DNA from: a virus
Lineage: Duplodnaviria; Heunggongvirae; Uroviricota; Caudoviricetes
Length of the DNA: 7,909 nucleotides
IMG/VR virus record: IMGVR_UViG_2778261498_000001
Span: 1 to 7,909 of that record
Strand: one strand, 5' to 3'
In this document: positions 1 to 7,409 of the stretch, piece by piece
Layout of the letters: each line of letters begins with the position of its first letter
How positions within the stretch are numbered: the first letter of the stretch is position 1
The notes under the pieces: generated by a model
Databases searched by the model: none
Told to the model about the DNA's origin: nothing
Seen by the model: the letters and a program-made list of their open reading frames with translations, nothing else
Position numbers and translations under genes: made by a program

Positions 1-2337
1 GGCGCGCCGTTCCGCTACAGCTTCAGCGCCCTGAAGGACCGCCATAATGCCGTTGAGGTGAACTGGATTGACCCGGACAACGGCTGGGAGACGGCGACAG
101 AGCTTGTGGAGGACACGCAGGCCATTGCCCGTTACGGTCGTAACGTCACGAAGATGGATGCCTTTGGCTGTACCAGTCGGGGGCAGGCACACCGCGCCGG
201 GCTGTGGCTGATTAAAACAGAACTGCTGGAAACGCAGACCGTGGATTTCAGCGTCGGCGCAGAAGGGCTTCGCCATGTACCGGGCGATGTTATTGAAATC
301 TGTGATGATGACTATGCCGGTATCAGCACCGGTGGTCGTGTGCTGGCGGTGAACAGCCAGACCCGGACGCTGACGCTCGACCGTGAAATCACGCTGCCAT
401 CCTCCGGTACCACGCTGATAAGCCTGGTTGACGGAAGTGGCAATCCGGTGAGTGTGGAGGTCCAGTCCGTCACCGACGGCGTGAAGGTGAAAGTGAGCCG
501 GGTTCCTGATGGCGTTGCCGAGTACAGCGTGTGGGGGCTGAAGCTGCCGACGCTGCGCCAGCGCCTGTTCCGCTGCGTGAGTATCCGTGAGAATGACGAC
601 GGCACGTATGCCATCACCGCTGTGCAGCATGTGCCGGAGAAAGAGGCCATCGTGGATAACGGGGCGCACTTTGACGGCGACCAGAGCGGCACGGTGAATG
701 GTGTCACGCCGCCAGCAGTGCAGCACCTGACCGCAGAAGTCACCGCAGACAGCGGGGAATACCAGGTGCTGGCGCGCTGGGATACGCCGAAGGTGGTGAA
801 GGGTGTGAGCTTTATGCTTCGCCTGACCGTGGCAGCGGATGACGGCAGTGAGCGGCTGGTCAGCACGGCCCGGACGACGGAAACCACATACCGATTCACG
901 CAACTGGCGCTGGGAAACTACAGGCTGACAGTCCGGGCGGTAAATGCGTGGGGGCAGCAGGGCGATCCGGCATCGGTATCGTTCCGGATTGCCGCACCTG
1001 CAGTGCCGTCGCGGATTGAGCTGACGCCGGGCTATTTTCAGATAACTGCCACGCCGCATCTTGCGGTTTATGATCCGACGGTACAGTTTGAGTTCTGGTT
1101 CTCGGAAACGCGGATTACCGATATCAGGCAGGTTGAAACCACAGCGCGCTATCTTGGCACGGCGCTGTACTGGATAGCTGCCAGTATCAATATCAGGCCG
1201 GGCCATGATTATTATTTTTACATCCGCAGTGTGAACACCGTTGGCAAATCGGCATTTGTGGAGGCTGTTGGCCAGCCGAGTGATGACGCATCCGGCTATC
1301 TGGATTTTTTCAAAGGAGAGATAGGGAAAACCCATCTGGCTCAGGAGTTGTGGACGCAGATTGATAACGGTCAGCTTGCGCCTGACCTGGCTGAAATCAG
1401 GACGTCCATTACGGGTGTCAGCAATGAAATCACGCAGACCGTCAATAAGAAACTGGAAGACCAGAGTGCAGCGATCCAGCAGATACAGAAGGTTCAGGTT
1501 GATACAAATAATAACCTGAACAGCATGTGGGCTGTGAAGCTGCAGCAGATGCAGGACGGACGCCTTTATATCGCGGGTATCGGTGCCGGTATTGAGAACA
1601 CCCCCGACGGTATGCAGAGTCAGGTGCTGCTGGCGGCAGACAGGATTGCGATGATTAATCCTGCGAATGGCAACACAAAGCCGATGTTTGTTGGTCAGGG
1701 CGATCAGATATTTATGAATGAAGTGTTCCTGAAATATCTGACGGCTCCCACCATTACCAGCGGCGGTAATCCTCCGGCATTTTCCCTGACACCGGACGGG
1801 CGGCTGACGGCAAAAAATGCCGATATCAGCGGTAACGTGAATGCGAACTCCGGGACGCTCAACAACGTCACGATTAACGAGAACTGCCGGGTTCTGGGAA
1901 AACTGTCCGCGAACCAGATTGAAGGTGATCTCGTTAAAACAGTGGGCAAAGCTTTCCCCCGTGACTCCCGTGCACCGGAACGGTGGCCATCAGGGACCAT
2001 TACCGTCAGGGTTTATGACGATCAGCCGTTTGACCGGCAAATTGTTATTCCGGCGGTGGCTTTCAGCGGTGCCAGACATGAACGGGAGAATAGCGATACT
2101 TATTCGTCATGCCGCCTGATAGTGAAGAAAAACGGGGCTGAAATTTATAACCGAACGGCTCTGGATAATACTCTGATTTACACGGGTGTTATTGATATGC
2201 CTGCAGGCAGTGGCGTAATGACACTGGAGTTTTCGGTATCAGCATGGTGGGTAAATGGCTGGTATCCCACAGCAAGTATCAGCGATTTGCTGGTTGTGGT
2301 GATGAAGAAAGCCACCGCAGGCATCAGTATCAGCTGA
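1..2337 (+). CDS. J: Host specificity (central tail fibre / tip) protein J, C-terminal ~779 codons; 5' end lies upstream of the window
   Basis: Frame 1 is open from base 1 to the TGA at 2335-2337, so the ATG at 58 is internal. The translation is long and non-repetitive and matches what I recall of lambda J, including its C-terminal receptor-recognition segment (…[13 protein letters not shown]). Immunoglobulin/fibronectin-like segments also appear, e.g. …[24 protein letters not shown]…. Confidence 0.9.
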   Translation, partial: GAPFRYSFSALKDRHNAVEVNWIDPDNGWETATELVEDTQAIARYGRNVTKMDAFGCTSRGQAHRAGLWLIKTELLETQTVDFSVGAEGLRHVPGDVIEICDDDYAGISTGGRVLAVNSQTRTLTLDREITLPSSGTTLISLVDGSGNPVSVEVQSVTDGVKVKVSRVPDGVAEYSVWGLKLPTLRQRLFRCVSIRENDDGTYAITAVQHVPEKEAIVDNGAHFDGDQSGTVNGVTPPAVQHLTAEVTADSGEYQVLARWDTPKVVKGVSFMLRLTVAADDGSERLVSTARTTETTYRFTQLALGNYRLTVRAVNAWGQQGDPASVSFRIAAPAVPSRIELTPGYFQITATPHLAVYDPTVQFEFWFSETRITDIRQVETTARYLGTALYWIAASINIRPGHDYYFYIRSVNTVGKSAFVEAVGQPSDDASGYLDFFKGEIGKTHLAQELWTQIDNGQLAPDLAEIRTSITGVSNEITQTVNKKLEDQSAAIQQIQKVQVDTNNNLNSMWAVKLQQMQDGRLYIAGIGAGIENTPDGMQSQVLLAADRIAMINPANGNTKPMFVGQGDQIFMNEVFLKYLTAPTITSGGNPPAFSLTPDGRLTAKNADISGNVNANSGTLNNVTINENCRVLGKLSANQIEGDLVKTVGKAFPRDSRAPERWPSGTITVRVYDDQPFDRQIVIPAVAFSGARHERENSDTYSSCRLIVKKNGAEIYNRTALDNTLIYTGVIDMPAGSGVMTLEFSVSAWWVNGWYPTASISDLLVVVMKKATAGISIS

Positions 2338-2356
2338 ATTTTATAACCCCAATACG

Positions 2357-2383
2357 GGCGTCAGAAATGACGCCTTTTTTATT
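2357..2383 (+). terminator. Intrinsic terminator downstream of J
   Basis: Stem GGCGTCA (2357-2363), loop GAAA, stem TGACGCC (2368-2374), followed directly by TTTTTTATT. It starts 20 bp after the J stop codon. Confidence 0.65.
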
Positions 2384-2404
2384 GCAGAAAAGCGAGAGGT
2401 AATT

Positions 2405-3004
2405 ATGCGTAAATTATGTGCTGTTATTCTGTCCGCAGTAGTCTGGCTGGTTGCCGCTGGTACGCCAGCGAGCGCAGCAGAGCATCAGTCCACACTAAGC
2501 GCCGGGTATCTTCAGGCCCATACTGATATGCCAGGCAGTGATGACCTGAAGGGCATTAACGTGAAATACCGTTATGAATTTACGGACACGCTGGGGCTGG
2601 TGACGTCATTCAGTTATGCCAATGCCAAAGATGAGCAAAAAACGCATTACAGCGATACCCGCTGGCATGAAGATTCAGTGCGTAACCGCTGGTTCAGCAT
2701 GATGGCGGGGCCATCTGTACGCGTGAATGAATGGTTCAGTGCTTATGCGATGGCAGGTGTGGCTTACAGCCGTGTTTCGACGTTCTCCGGGGATTATCTC
2801 CGCGTAACTGACAACAAGGGGAAAACGCACGATGTGCTGACCGGAAGTGATGACGATCGCCACAGCAACACGTCTCTGGCGTGGGGAGCTGGCGTGCAGT
2901 TTAACCCGACCGAATCCGTGGCCATTGATATTGCTTATGAAGGCTCCGGCAGTGGCGACTGGCGCACTGACGGTTTCATCGTGGGTGTCGGTTATAAGTT
3001 CTGA
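2405..3004 (+). CDS. lom: Ail/Lom/PagC-family outer membrane beta-barrel protein (lambda Lom homologue)
   Basis: 199-aa ORF with an N-terminal signal peptide (MRKLCAVILSAVVWLVAAGTPASA/AE). Alternating hydrophobic beta-strand pattern and a C-terminal …GSGSGDWRTDGFIVGVGYKF ending in aromatic-X-Phe, as in lambda Lom. GAGAGG Shine-Dalgarno about 7 nt upstream of the ATG. Position between J and stf matches lambda. Confidence 0.9.
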   Translation: MRKLCAVILSAVVWLVAAGTPASAAEHQSTLSAGYLQAHTDMPGSDDLKGINVKYRYEFTDTLGLVTSFSYANAKDEQKTHYSDTRWHEDSVRNRWFSMMAGPSVRVNEWFSAYAMAGVAYSRVSTFSGDYLRVTDNKGKTHDVLTGSDDDRHSNTSLAWGAGVQFNPTESVAIDIAYEGSGSGDWRTDGFIVGVGYKF

Positions 3005-3031
3005 TTAGCCAGGTAACACAGTGTTATGACA

Positions 3032-3060
3032 GCCCGCCGGTTCAGGCGGGCTTTTTTGTG
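3032..3060 (+). terminator. Intrinsic terminator downstream of lom
   Basis: GCCCGCC (3032-3038), loop GGTTCA, GGCGGGC (3045-3051), then TTTTTTGTG. The T-run abuts the Shine-Dalgarno of the next gene. Confidence 0.65.
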
Positions 3061-3068
3061 GAGTGGAT

Positions 3069-5426
3069 ATGGCAGCAGTAAAAATCTCAGGTGTGCTGAA
3101 AGATGGTGCGGGAAAACCAATACAGAACTGCACTATTCAACTGAAGGCAAAGCGTAACAGCACCACGGTACTGGTGAACACGGTGGCCTCTGAAAATCCT
3201 GATGAAGCCGGGCGTTACAGTATGGACGTTGAGTATGGCCAGTACAGCGTCATCCTGCTGGTTGAAGGTTTTCCGCCTTCACATGCCGGGACCATTACCG
3301 TCTATGAAGGTTCCAGTCCGGGGACGCTGAATGATTTTCTCGGTGCCATGACGGAAGATGATGTCATGCCGGAGGCATTGCGTCGTTTTGAGGAAATGGT
3401 GGAAGAAGCGGCACGCAACGCCGAAGCCGCCTCTCAGAGCGCAGCGGCGGCAAAGAAATCCGAAACTGCAGCGGCATCATCGAAGAACGCGGCGAAAACC
3501 TCAGAAACGAATGCAGCTAACAGCGCACAGGCGGCAGCGACCTCACAGACTGCATCGGCAAACTCCGCGACAGCAGCCAAAAAATCAGAAACCAACGCGA
3601 AAAACAGCGAGACAGCCGCAAAGACGAGCGAAACCAACGCAAAGTCCAGCCAGACGGCAGCGAAGACCAGCGAAACGAATGCCAAAGCCAGTGAAACTGC
3701 GGCAAAAAACAGCCAGGTTGCAGCAGCCGAAAGCGAGAGCGCGGCAGCCGGTTCTGCGACTTCAGCAGCTGGATCAGCAACTGCTGCGGCTAACAGCCAG
3801 AAAGCTGCGAAGACGAGTGAAACTAACGCAAAGTCCAGCCAGACGGCAGCGAAGACCAGCGAAACGAATGCCAAAGCCAGCGAAACTGCGGCAAAAAACA
3901 GTCAGGATGCAGCGGCCCAAAGCGAGAGTGCCGCAGCTGGTTCTGCAAGTGCGGCAGCTAATAGCCAAAAAGCTGCAAAAACCAGTGAAACTAACGCAAA
4001 GACGAGTGAAACAAAAGCAGCAGCCAGCAAGACAGAAGCAACGTCAGCCGCAACAAGAGCAGAGAATGCAGCCCGGATTGCAGAAGATGCCGCTGATCCT
4101 GCTTCTGTCCCTCCGCTTCCTGATATCTGGCTACCCTTGAATGATTCTCTGGAAGCGATAACAGGGTATGCCCCGGGCTATAAAACAATAACCATCGGCA
4201 GTGATGAAATCACTGTACCTGTTAATGGCATATGCCAATTTAGCCGCGCTTCATCAGCAACTTATATTGATAAGTCCGGGCATATTACCGTAGCAGGTAA
4301 TAACGTTCCTCGTTTTGAAAAATATGGTTTGCTGATAGAGAATCAGCGAACAAACATGTTCGTAAATAGTTTTAATCCTGATGCGTGGAATAAAAGCGGT
4401 GGTATATCTGTAACATCATCAACAGATGAATTTGAGTTTAAATATGGACGTTTCACAGTAGGAAGTGAGATAGCAGGAACGACAACAGGGAGAAATATAT
4501 GCACAGTTGCTGGTAATAAAGGCATAGATGTGACTGGCGATGATCAATACAGTAAAGGTCCGTATGTTACCGCGTCGTTCAGGGTAAGAAGTGATCTCAA
4601 TGTTCGCGCACGTATCCGTTTTGAAGGGTATAACTCGGAAGGATACACTTTCCTTTGTGACGCCTATTTGTCATTACAGACTCATGAACTACAAATTACG
4701 GGTGGTAATGCCCAGCTATTAACAGCAAACTTTGAAATCGACCCTGGTAGTGGATGGATATATTTTCAGGCAACACTGAAATGTCTGCCAGAATGGGGAA
4801 TGGTTGGTACGCAGCTGCAAATTGCAGCCGACAGAGCAGTGGGGGCTTTTGCAACAGGTGACTGGATAGAAGTAACCACCCCGCAATTCGAGTATGGTGC
4901 CTGTGCAACTTCCTTTATCATAACGACAACAGAGCCAGCGACTCGTGCATCAGATTTATGTAAATTTCCGCTGATGAAAAATATGTATACCATGCCTTTT
5001 ACGTTCATGGTGGAAGTCCATAAAAACTGGTTTATTTCTCATAATGCTGCACCGCGAGTAATTGATACAGAAAACCATCAGTCAGGTGCTCCATTTATCA
5101 TGGGATTTGGCTCTTCTGGAACTATCAGTCAGGACGGTTATCCCTATTGTGATATAGGCGGGGCTAACCGACGTGTATATGAGTCATGCGGAGTAAGAGA
5201 TCTCGTTATGGGATTCAGGGTTAAGGCTGACGGCATGACATGCTCATTTGCAAATAAGCATATAAGCACAGAAACAAAAACAGTATGGAAATATATTCGT
5301 GAAGCTGCTGTGATTCGTATCGGGGGACAAACGACGACAGGATTACGACACCTTAATGGTCATATAAAAAACCTCCGTTTCTGGAACAGAGCATTGTCAG
5401 ATACGCAGCTTAAGGAATACGTATAA
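3069..5426 (+). CDS. stf: Mosaic side tail fibre protein: lambda Stf-like N-terminal domain, Ala/Ser/Thr-rich repeat shaft, and an unrelated lower-G+C C-terminal domain (possibly concanavalin-A/LamG-like)
   Basis: N-terminus MAAVKISGVLKDGAGKPIQNCTIQLKAKRNSTTVLVNTVASENPDEAGRYSMDVEYGQYSVILLVEGFPPSHAGTITVYEGS… matches my recollection of lambda Stf. GGAG lies 6 nt upstream of the ATG at 3069; the ORF track's GTG at 3063 is in frame but less likely. The C-terminal ~445 residues differ in composition and end in …LRHLNGHIKNLRFWNRALSDTQLKEYV, which resembles the terminal strand of LamG/ConA-like jelly-roll domains. The His-rich HxH motifs of the lambda Stf C-terminus are absent. Confidence 0.85.
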   Translation: MAAVKISGVLKDGAGKPIQNCTIQLKAKRNSTTVLVNTVASENPDEAGRYSMDVEYGQYSVILLVEGFPPSHAGTITVYEGSSPGTLNDFLGAMTEDDVMPEALRRFEEMVEEAARNAEAASQSAAAAKKSETAAASSKNAAKTSETNAANSAQAAATSQTASANSATAAKKSETNAKNSETAAKTSETNAKSSQTAAKTSETNAKASETAAKNSQVAAAESESAAAGSATSAAGSATAAANSQKAAKTSETNAKSSQTAAKTSETNAKASETAAKNSQDAAAQSESAAAGSASAAANSQKAAKTSETNAKTSETKAAASKTEATSAATRAENAARIAEDAADPASVPPLPDIWLPLNDSLEAITGYAPGYKTITIGSDEITVPVNGICQFSRASSATYIDKSGHITVAGNNVPRFEKYGLLIENQRTNMFVNSFNPDAWNKSGGISVTSSTDEFEFKYGRFTVGSEIAGTTTGRNICTVAGNKGIDVTGDDQYSKGPYVTASFRVRSDLNVRARIRFEGYNSEGYTFLCDAYLSLQTHELQITGGNAQLLTANFEIDPGSGWIYFQATLKCLPEWGMVGTQLQIAADRAVGAFATGDWIEVTTPQFEYGACATSFIITTTEPATRASDLCKFPLMKNMYTMPFTFMVEVHKNWFISHNAAPRVIDTENHQSGAPFIMGFGSSGTISQDGYPYCDIGGANRRVYESCGVRDLVMGFRVKADGMTCSFANKHISTETKTVWKYIREAAVIRIGGQTTTGLRHLNGHIKNLRFWNRALSDTQLKEYV
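3572..4010. repeat. Nested in-frame tandem repeats inside stf: 42-bp (14-aa) units inside a 189-bp (63-aa) higher-order repeat
   Basis: Peptide units AAK(T/K)SETNAK(S/A/N/T)S(Q/E)T recur many times. At DNA level, 3621-3651 (aagacgagcgaaaccaacgcaaagtccagcc) recurs at 3810-3840 (aagacgagtgaaactaacgcaaagtccagcc), an offset of exactly 189 bp, with near-identity continuing for over 120 bp. Confidence 0.8.
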
Positions 5427-5695
5427 TGCGGGATATAACATTACGATTCGATAACAGAGAACAGTTTAACGCAATTGTATATGACAGTGGCCTGTTCAGT
5501 CTTGAAGAAGAAAATGGGGTTCTTGTTGATGTTATTGGCTGCATTATTGATTACGAGGAGCCAGAAAACGAAAGATGTACAGGCATTGATCGCGGTGGTT
5601 TTTTCGTAAACATGAGGATTGTTGATGGCAGTAAAAACATATCTTCTTTAATGCCTTTCATTACGACAGATCAGCATGTAAGGACATGGGCTTAA
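5426..5695 (+). CDS. Hypothetical 89-aa acidic protein, translationally coupled to stf; function unknown (possibly fibre-associated chaperone or adaptor)
   Basis: The ATG overlaps the stf stop codon by one base (TAATG at 5424-5428). AAGGAA Shine-Dalgarno at 5412-5417, 8 nt upstream. Non-repetitive sequence with the same low G+C as its neighbours. The next gene starts 12 bp after its stop. I recognise no family. Confidence 0.55.
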   Translation: MRDITLRFDNREQFNAIVYDSGLFSLEEENGVLVDVIGCIIDYEEPENERCTGIDRGGFFVNMRIVDGSKNISSLMPFITTDQHVRTWA

Positions 5696-5707
5696 TGGAG
5701 TAAGACA

Positions 5708-6748
5708 ATGGTTACAAAAACAGTAATTCCTGATGACATCAAAACGCTAAAATCCGATGTTAGTAAACTACAAAACGATCAAGGAAGCTACGCAACAAAA
5801 TCATATGTAGACAGCAAAGATGAAACCGTTGGTGACTGGTCTGCTTCATGGTATCAGCAGGTATTGCCAACTAGCGGAGCTATATTTGGGCGAAAACTTC
5901 GCTCAACTCACAGGACGGCAGGTGTTGAGGATGCGTATTGCGAACTATACCTTAAAAAATGGATAGACAGTCCAGGGAACGCAATGGCGCGCCTTAACCT
6001 GAACGATAACGGTGAAAATATTTGCTGGGATTTTACCAACCTTTACGGCGGAACAATGATCTTCCCTGGTACTTCAGGTTATCTGAAAATGGGGAACTGT
6101 CTCATGTCGTATGGTGTGCGGGGAAGTAACGCGCTTATTAAGTTTGATAATACAGACACATTACAAATCAAATACGCTAATCATGGGTCAACCATGACAT
6201 TAAACACGCAAGGTACGGCGTATTCTGGTGTGTCGACGTTATTATGGGGAAATTCCAGTCGTCCAGTTGTTTATGAAATTAGGGATGATGGCGGGCTTTT
6301 TTTGTTTTATGCACAAAGGAACCCAGATAAAACCTATCAGCTTGAGATAAACGGGCCATGCAAGGCAACATCATTCGACCAGGTGTCGGACAGAGATCTT
6401 AAAGAAAACATTCAGGTTATTGATAATGCCACTGAGCGCATCAGATTAATGAATGGGTATACTTACCGTCTCAAGTCTAATGGTATGCCTTATGCTGGCG
6501 TTATTGCGCAAGAGGCACTTAATGCAATCCCTGAATCAGTTGGTAGCACAATAAAGTACAAGAGCGGGGACAATGGGTCTGATGGAGAAGAGGGAGAAAG
6601 ATACTATACCGTCGATTACTCAGGCGTAACGGGTTTGCTTGTTCAGGTAGCCAGAGAGTCAGACGACAGGATAACAGCACTGGAAGAAGAAAACGCAGAA
6701 TTAAGACAAAGATTATCTGCAATTGAGGCGGCGCTTGCGTCTAAATAA
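5708..6748 (+). CDS. Tail fibre / tail spike-like protein with a C-terminal intramolecular chaperone, autoproteolytic (peptidase S74-type) domain
   Basis: GGAG at 5697-5700, 7 nt upstream of the ATG. The C-terminal ~120 aa carry what I recognise as S74 hallmarks: …QV-SDRDLKENI… (Ser codon at 6386-6388; Ser/Lys dyad at the predicted self-cleavage site), …YAGVIAQEALNAIPE…, …YTVDYSGVTGLLVQVARE…, and a terminal heptad-like helix ITALEEENAELRQRLSAIEAALA. The N-terminal ~226 aa look like a short helical stretch followed by a beta-rich globular domain. Confidence 0.8.
   Translation: MVTKTVIPDDIKTLKSDVSKLQNDQGSYATKSYVDSKDETVGDWSASWYQQVLPTSGAIFGRKLRSTHRTAGVEDAYCELYLKKWIDSPGNAMARLNLNDNGENICWDFTNLYGGTMIFPGTSGYLKMGNCLMSYGVRGSNALIKFDNTDTLQIKYANHGSTMTLNTQGTAYSGVSTLLWGNSSRPVVYEIRDDGGLFLFYAQRNPDKTYQLEINGPCKATSFDQVSDRDLKENIQVIDNATERIRLMNGYTYRLKSNGMPYAGVIAQEALNAIPESVGSTIKYKSGDNGSDGEEGERYYTVDYSGVTGLLVQVARESDDRITALEEENAELRQRLSAIEAALASK
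6386..6745 (+). other. Predicted S74-type intramolecular chaperone domain, expected to be released by self-cleavage N-terminal to the Ser encoded at 6386-6388
   Basis: Motif SDRDLKENI plus the downstream conserved blocks described for the fibre-like CDS. Domain boundary is from motif position only. Confidence 0.65.
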
Positions 6749-6754
6749 TATTAA

Positions 6755-6778
6755 GGGGCCGAGCGCCCCGTTTTATTG
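6755..6778 (+). terminator. Possible weak intrinsic terminator between the fibre-like gene and the membrane-protein gene
   Basis: GGGGC (6755-6759), loop CGAGC, GCCCC (6765-6769), then GTTTTATT. The stem is short and the T-run is interrupted. Confidence 0.4.
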
Positions 6779-6790
6779 GGTAGGATGAAA

Positions 6791-7078
6791 ATGGATATAA
6801 CACCTTTCCTTCATGCGCTTTGTGCTGTGGCTGCGCAGCTACTGATTGGTCTTTTTACCGGGAACTGGGCTTACGGAGCGATAGCCGGTTGTACGTTCTT
6901 CATTGCGCGTGAACACACCCAGGCAGAATATCGCTGGATTGAAATGTTCGGGCATGGCAAGCGGATTAACATGCCGTGGTGGGGTGGTTTTGATCCACGT
7001 GCATGGGATGTGGCAAGCCTGATGGATTTTGCTGTGCCGGTGGTGGCGTGTCTGCTGATCTGGATGTTGATCCGTTAA
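6791..7078 (+). CDS. Small integral membrane protein (~95 aa, about three predicted transmembrane helices), unknown function; candidate prophage cargo gene
   Basis: Hydrophobic segments FLHALCAVAAQLLIGLFTG, WAYGAIAGCTFFIA and VASLMDFAVPVVACLLIWMLI. AGGA at 6782-6785, 5 nt upstream of the ATG at 6791; in-frame alternatives are ATG 6785 and the ORF track's TTG 6776. No lipobox. G+C is higher than the preceding two genes. It is the last gene before the att arm. Confidence 0.6.
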   Translation: MDITPFLHALCAVAAQLLIGLFTGNWAYGAIAGCTFFIAREHTQAEYRWIEMFGHGKRINMPWWGGFDPRAWDVASLMDFAVPVVACLLIWMLIR

Positions 7079-7095
7079 ATATAAAAAGTAAAAAG

Positions 7096-7127
7096 CCGCA
7101 GTAACTTGTCATGACAGGATACTGCGG
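7096..7127. other. 32-bp near-perfect palindrome 18 bp after the membrane-protein stop; terminator hairpin or protein-binding site
   Basis: CCGCAGTAACTTGTCA | TGACAGGATACTGCGG pairs at 15 of 16 positions (one A/A mismatch, one G-T wobble). Followed by TTGGCTGGTT, so no clean U-tract. Confidence 0.4.
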
Positions 7128-7341
7128 TTGGCTGGTTAACTTTCGATAGTGCGAGTATTGAATAATTTCCAGCCGTTACCGATTTTATATAACTGCAGTG
7201 GAATTATTCAACACACAGGCAAAACGGAATAAGCTGAGAAAAAAGCGTGCTTTCCCAATCTGGGGCAAATCACGTCTGAATGACACCTGAAAACAGGTGG
7301 TGGACTCAAGAAGGCTTGGAATATTCTTCTTTAATGTTATG

Positions 7342-7354
7342 TAATTCATTGATT
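7342..7354 (-). promoter_or_regulatory. IHF-consensus match in the presumptive attR P-arm
   Basis: TAATTCATTGATT fits YAANNNNTTGATW exactly (complement of WATCAANNNNTTR). It overlaps the first copy of the direct repeat TTGATTTTTCG (7349-7359). Confidence 0.4.
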
Positions 7355-7396
7355 TTTCGTGTACGATTTTAAGACATTTATTCCAAGAAAAATTTT

Positions 7397-7409
7397 TAAC
7401 TCTTTGATT
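7397..7409 (-). promoter_or_regulatory. Second IHF-consensus match in the presumptive attR P-arm
   Basis: TAACTCTTTGATT fits YAANNNNTTGATW exactly. It overlaps the second copy of TTGATTTTTCG (7404-7414), 55 bp from the first and about 20 bp from the tRNA-derived core. Confidence 0.4.

Noticed and set aside
312-2119. ORFs inside J on the opposite strand or in another frame (312-899 -, 1704-2000 -, 1841-2119 +)
   Set aside because: They are embedded in the J coding frame, Ser/Thr/Arg-biased as expected for out-of-frame GC-rich coding DNA, and have no start signals.
2675-2863. 62-aa minus-strand ORF inside lom
   Set aside because: Antisense to a strongly supported gene; too short and without signals.
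3063-3068. GTG start at 3063 for stf (ORF track) and TTG start at 6776 for the membrane protein
   Set aside because: In-frame ATGs at 3069 and 6791 have better-spaced Shine-Dalgarno sequences, and 3069 gives an N-terminus that matches lambda Stf. The upstream starts are kept only as alternatives.
3572-4010. CRISPR array
   Set aside because: The repeats are in-frame coding repeats without unique spacers of regular length; no CRISPR-like architecture occurs anywhere in the window.
3358-4140. 260-aa + strand ORF, extremely Arg/Gln/Lys/Pro-rich, in the +1 frame of stf
   Set aside because: It is an alternate-frame reading of the GC-rich Ala/Ser/Thr codon repeats. It is low-complexity, has no ribosome-binding site, and lies entirely inside the well-supported stf frame.
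3434-4188. Several minus-strand ORFs (146, 87, 64 and 65 aa) across the stf repeat region
   Set aside because: They are antisense readings of the repetitive Ala-rich shaft with low-complexity translations, and no signals support them.
4343-5008. Minus-strand ORFs of 60-80 aa inside the stf C-terminal domain
   Set aside because: Antisense to the continuous stf reading frame; no independent support.
6519-6722. 67-aa minus-strand ORF inside the S74 domain region
   Set aside because: Antisense to a region carrying clear S74 motifs on the + strand.
5426-6748. Canonical Tfa tail fibre assembly gene downstream of stf
   Set aside because: I looked for one because of lambda synteny. Neither downstream ORF resembles Tfa in size or in its conserved C-terminal region as I recall it; one is an unknown 89-aa protein and the other carries an S74 domain.
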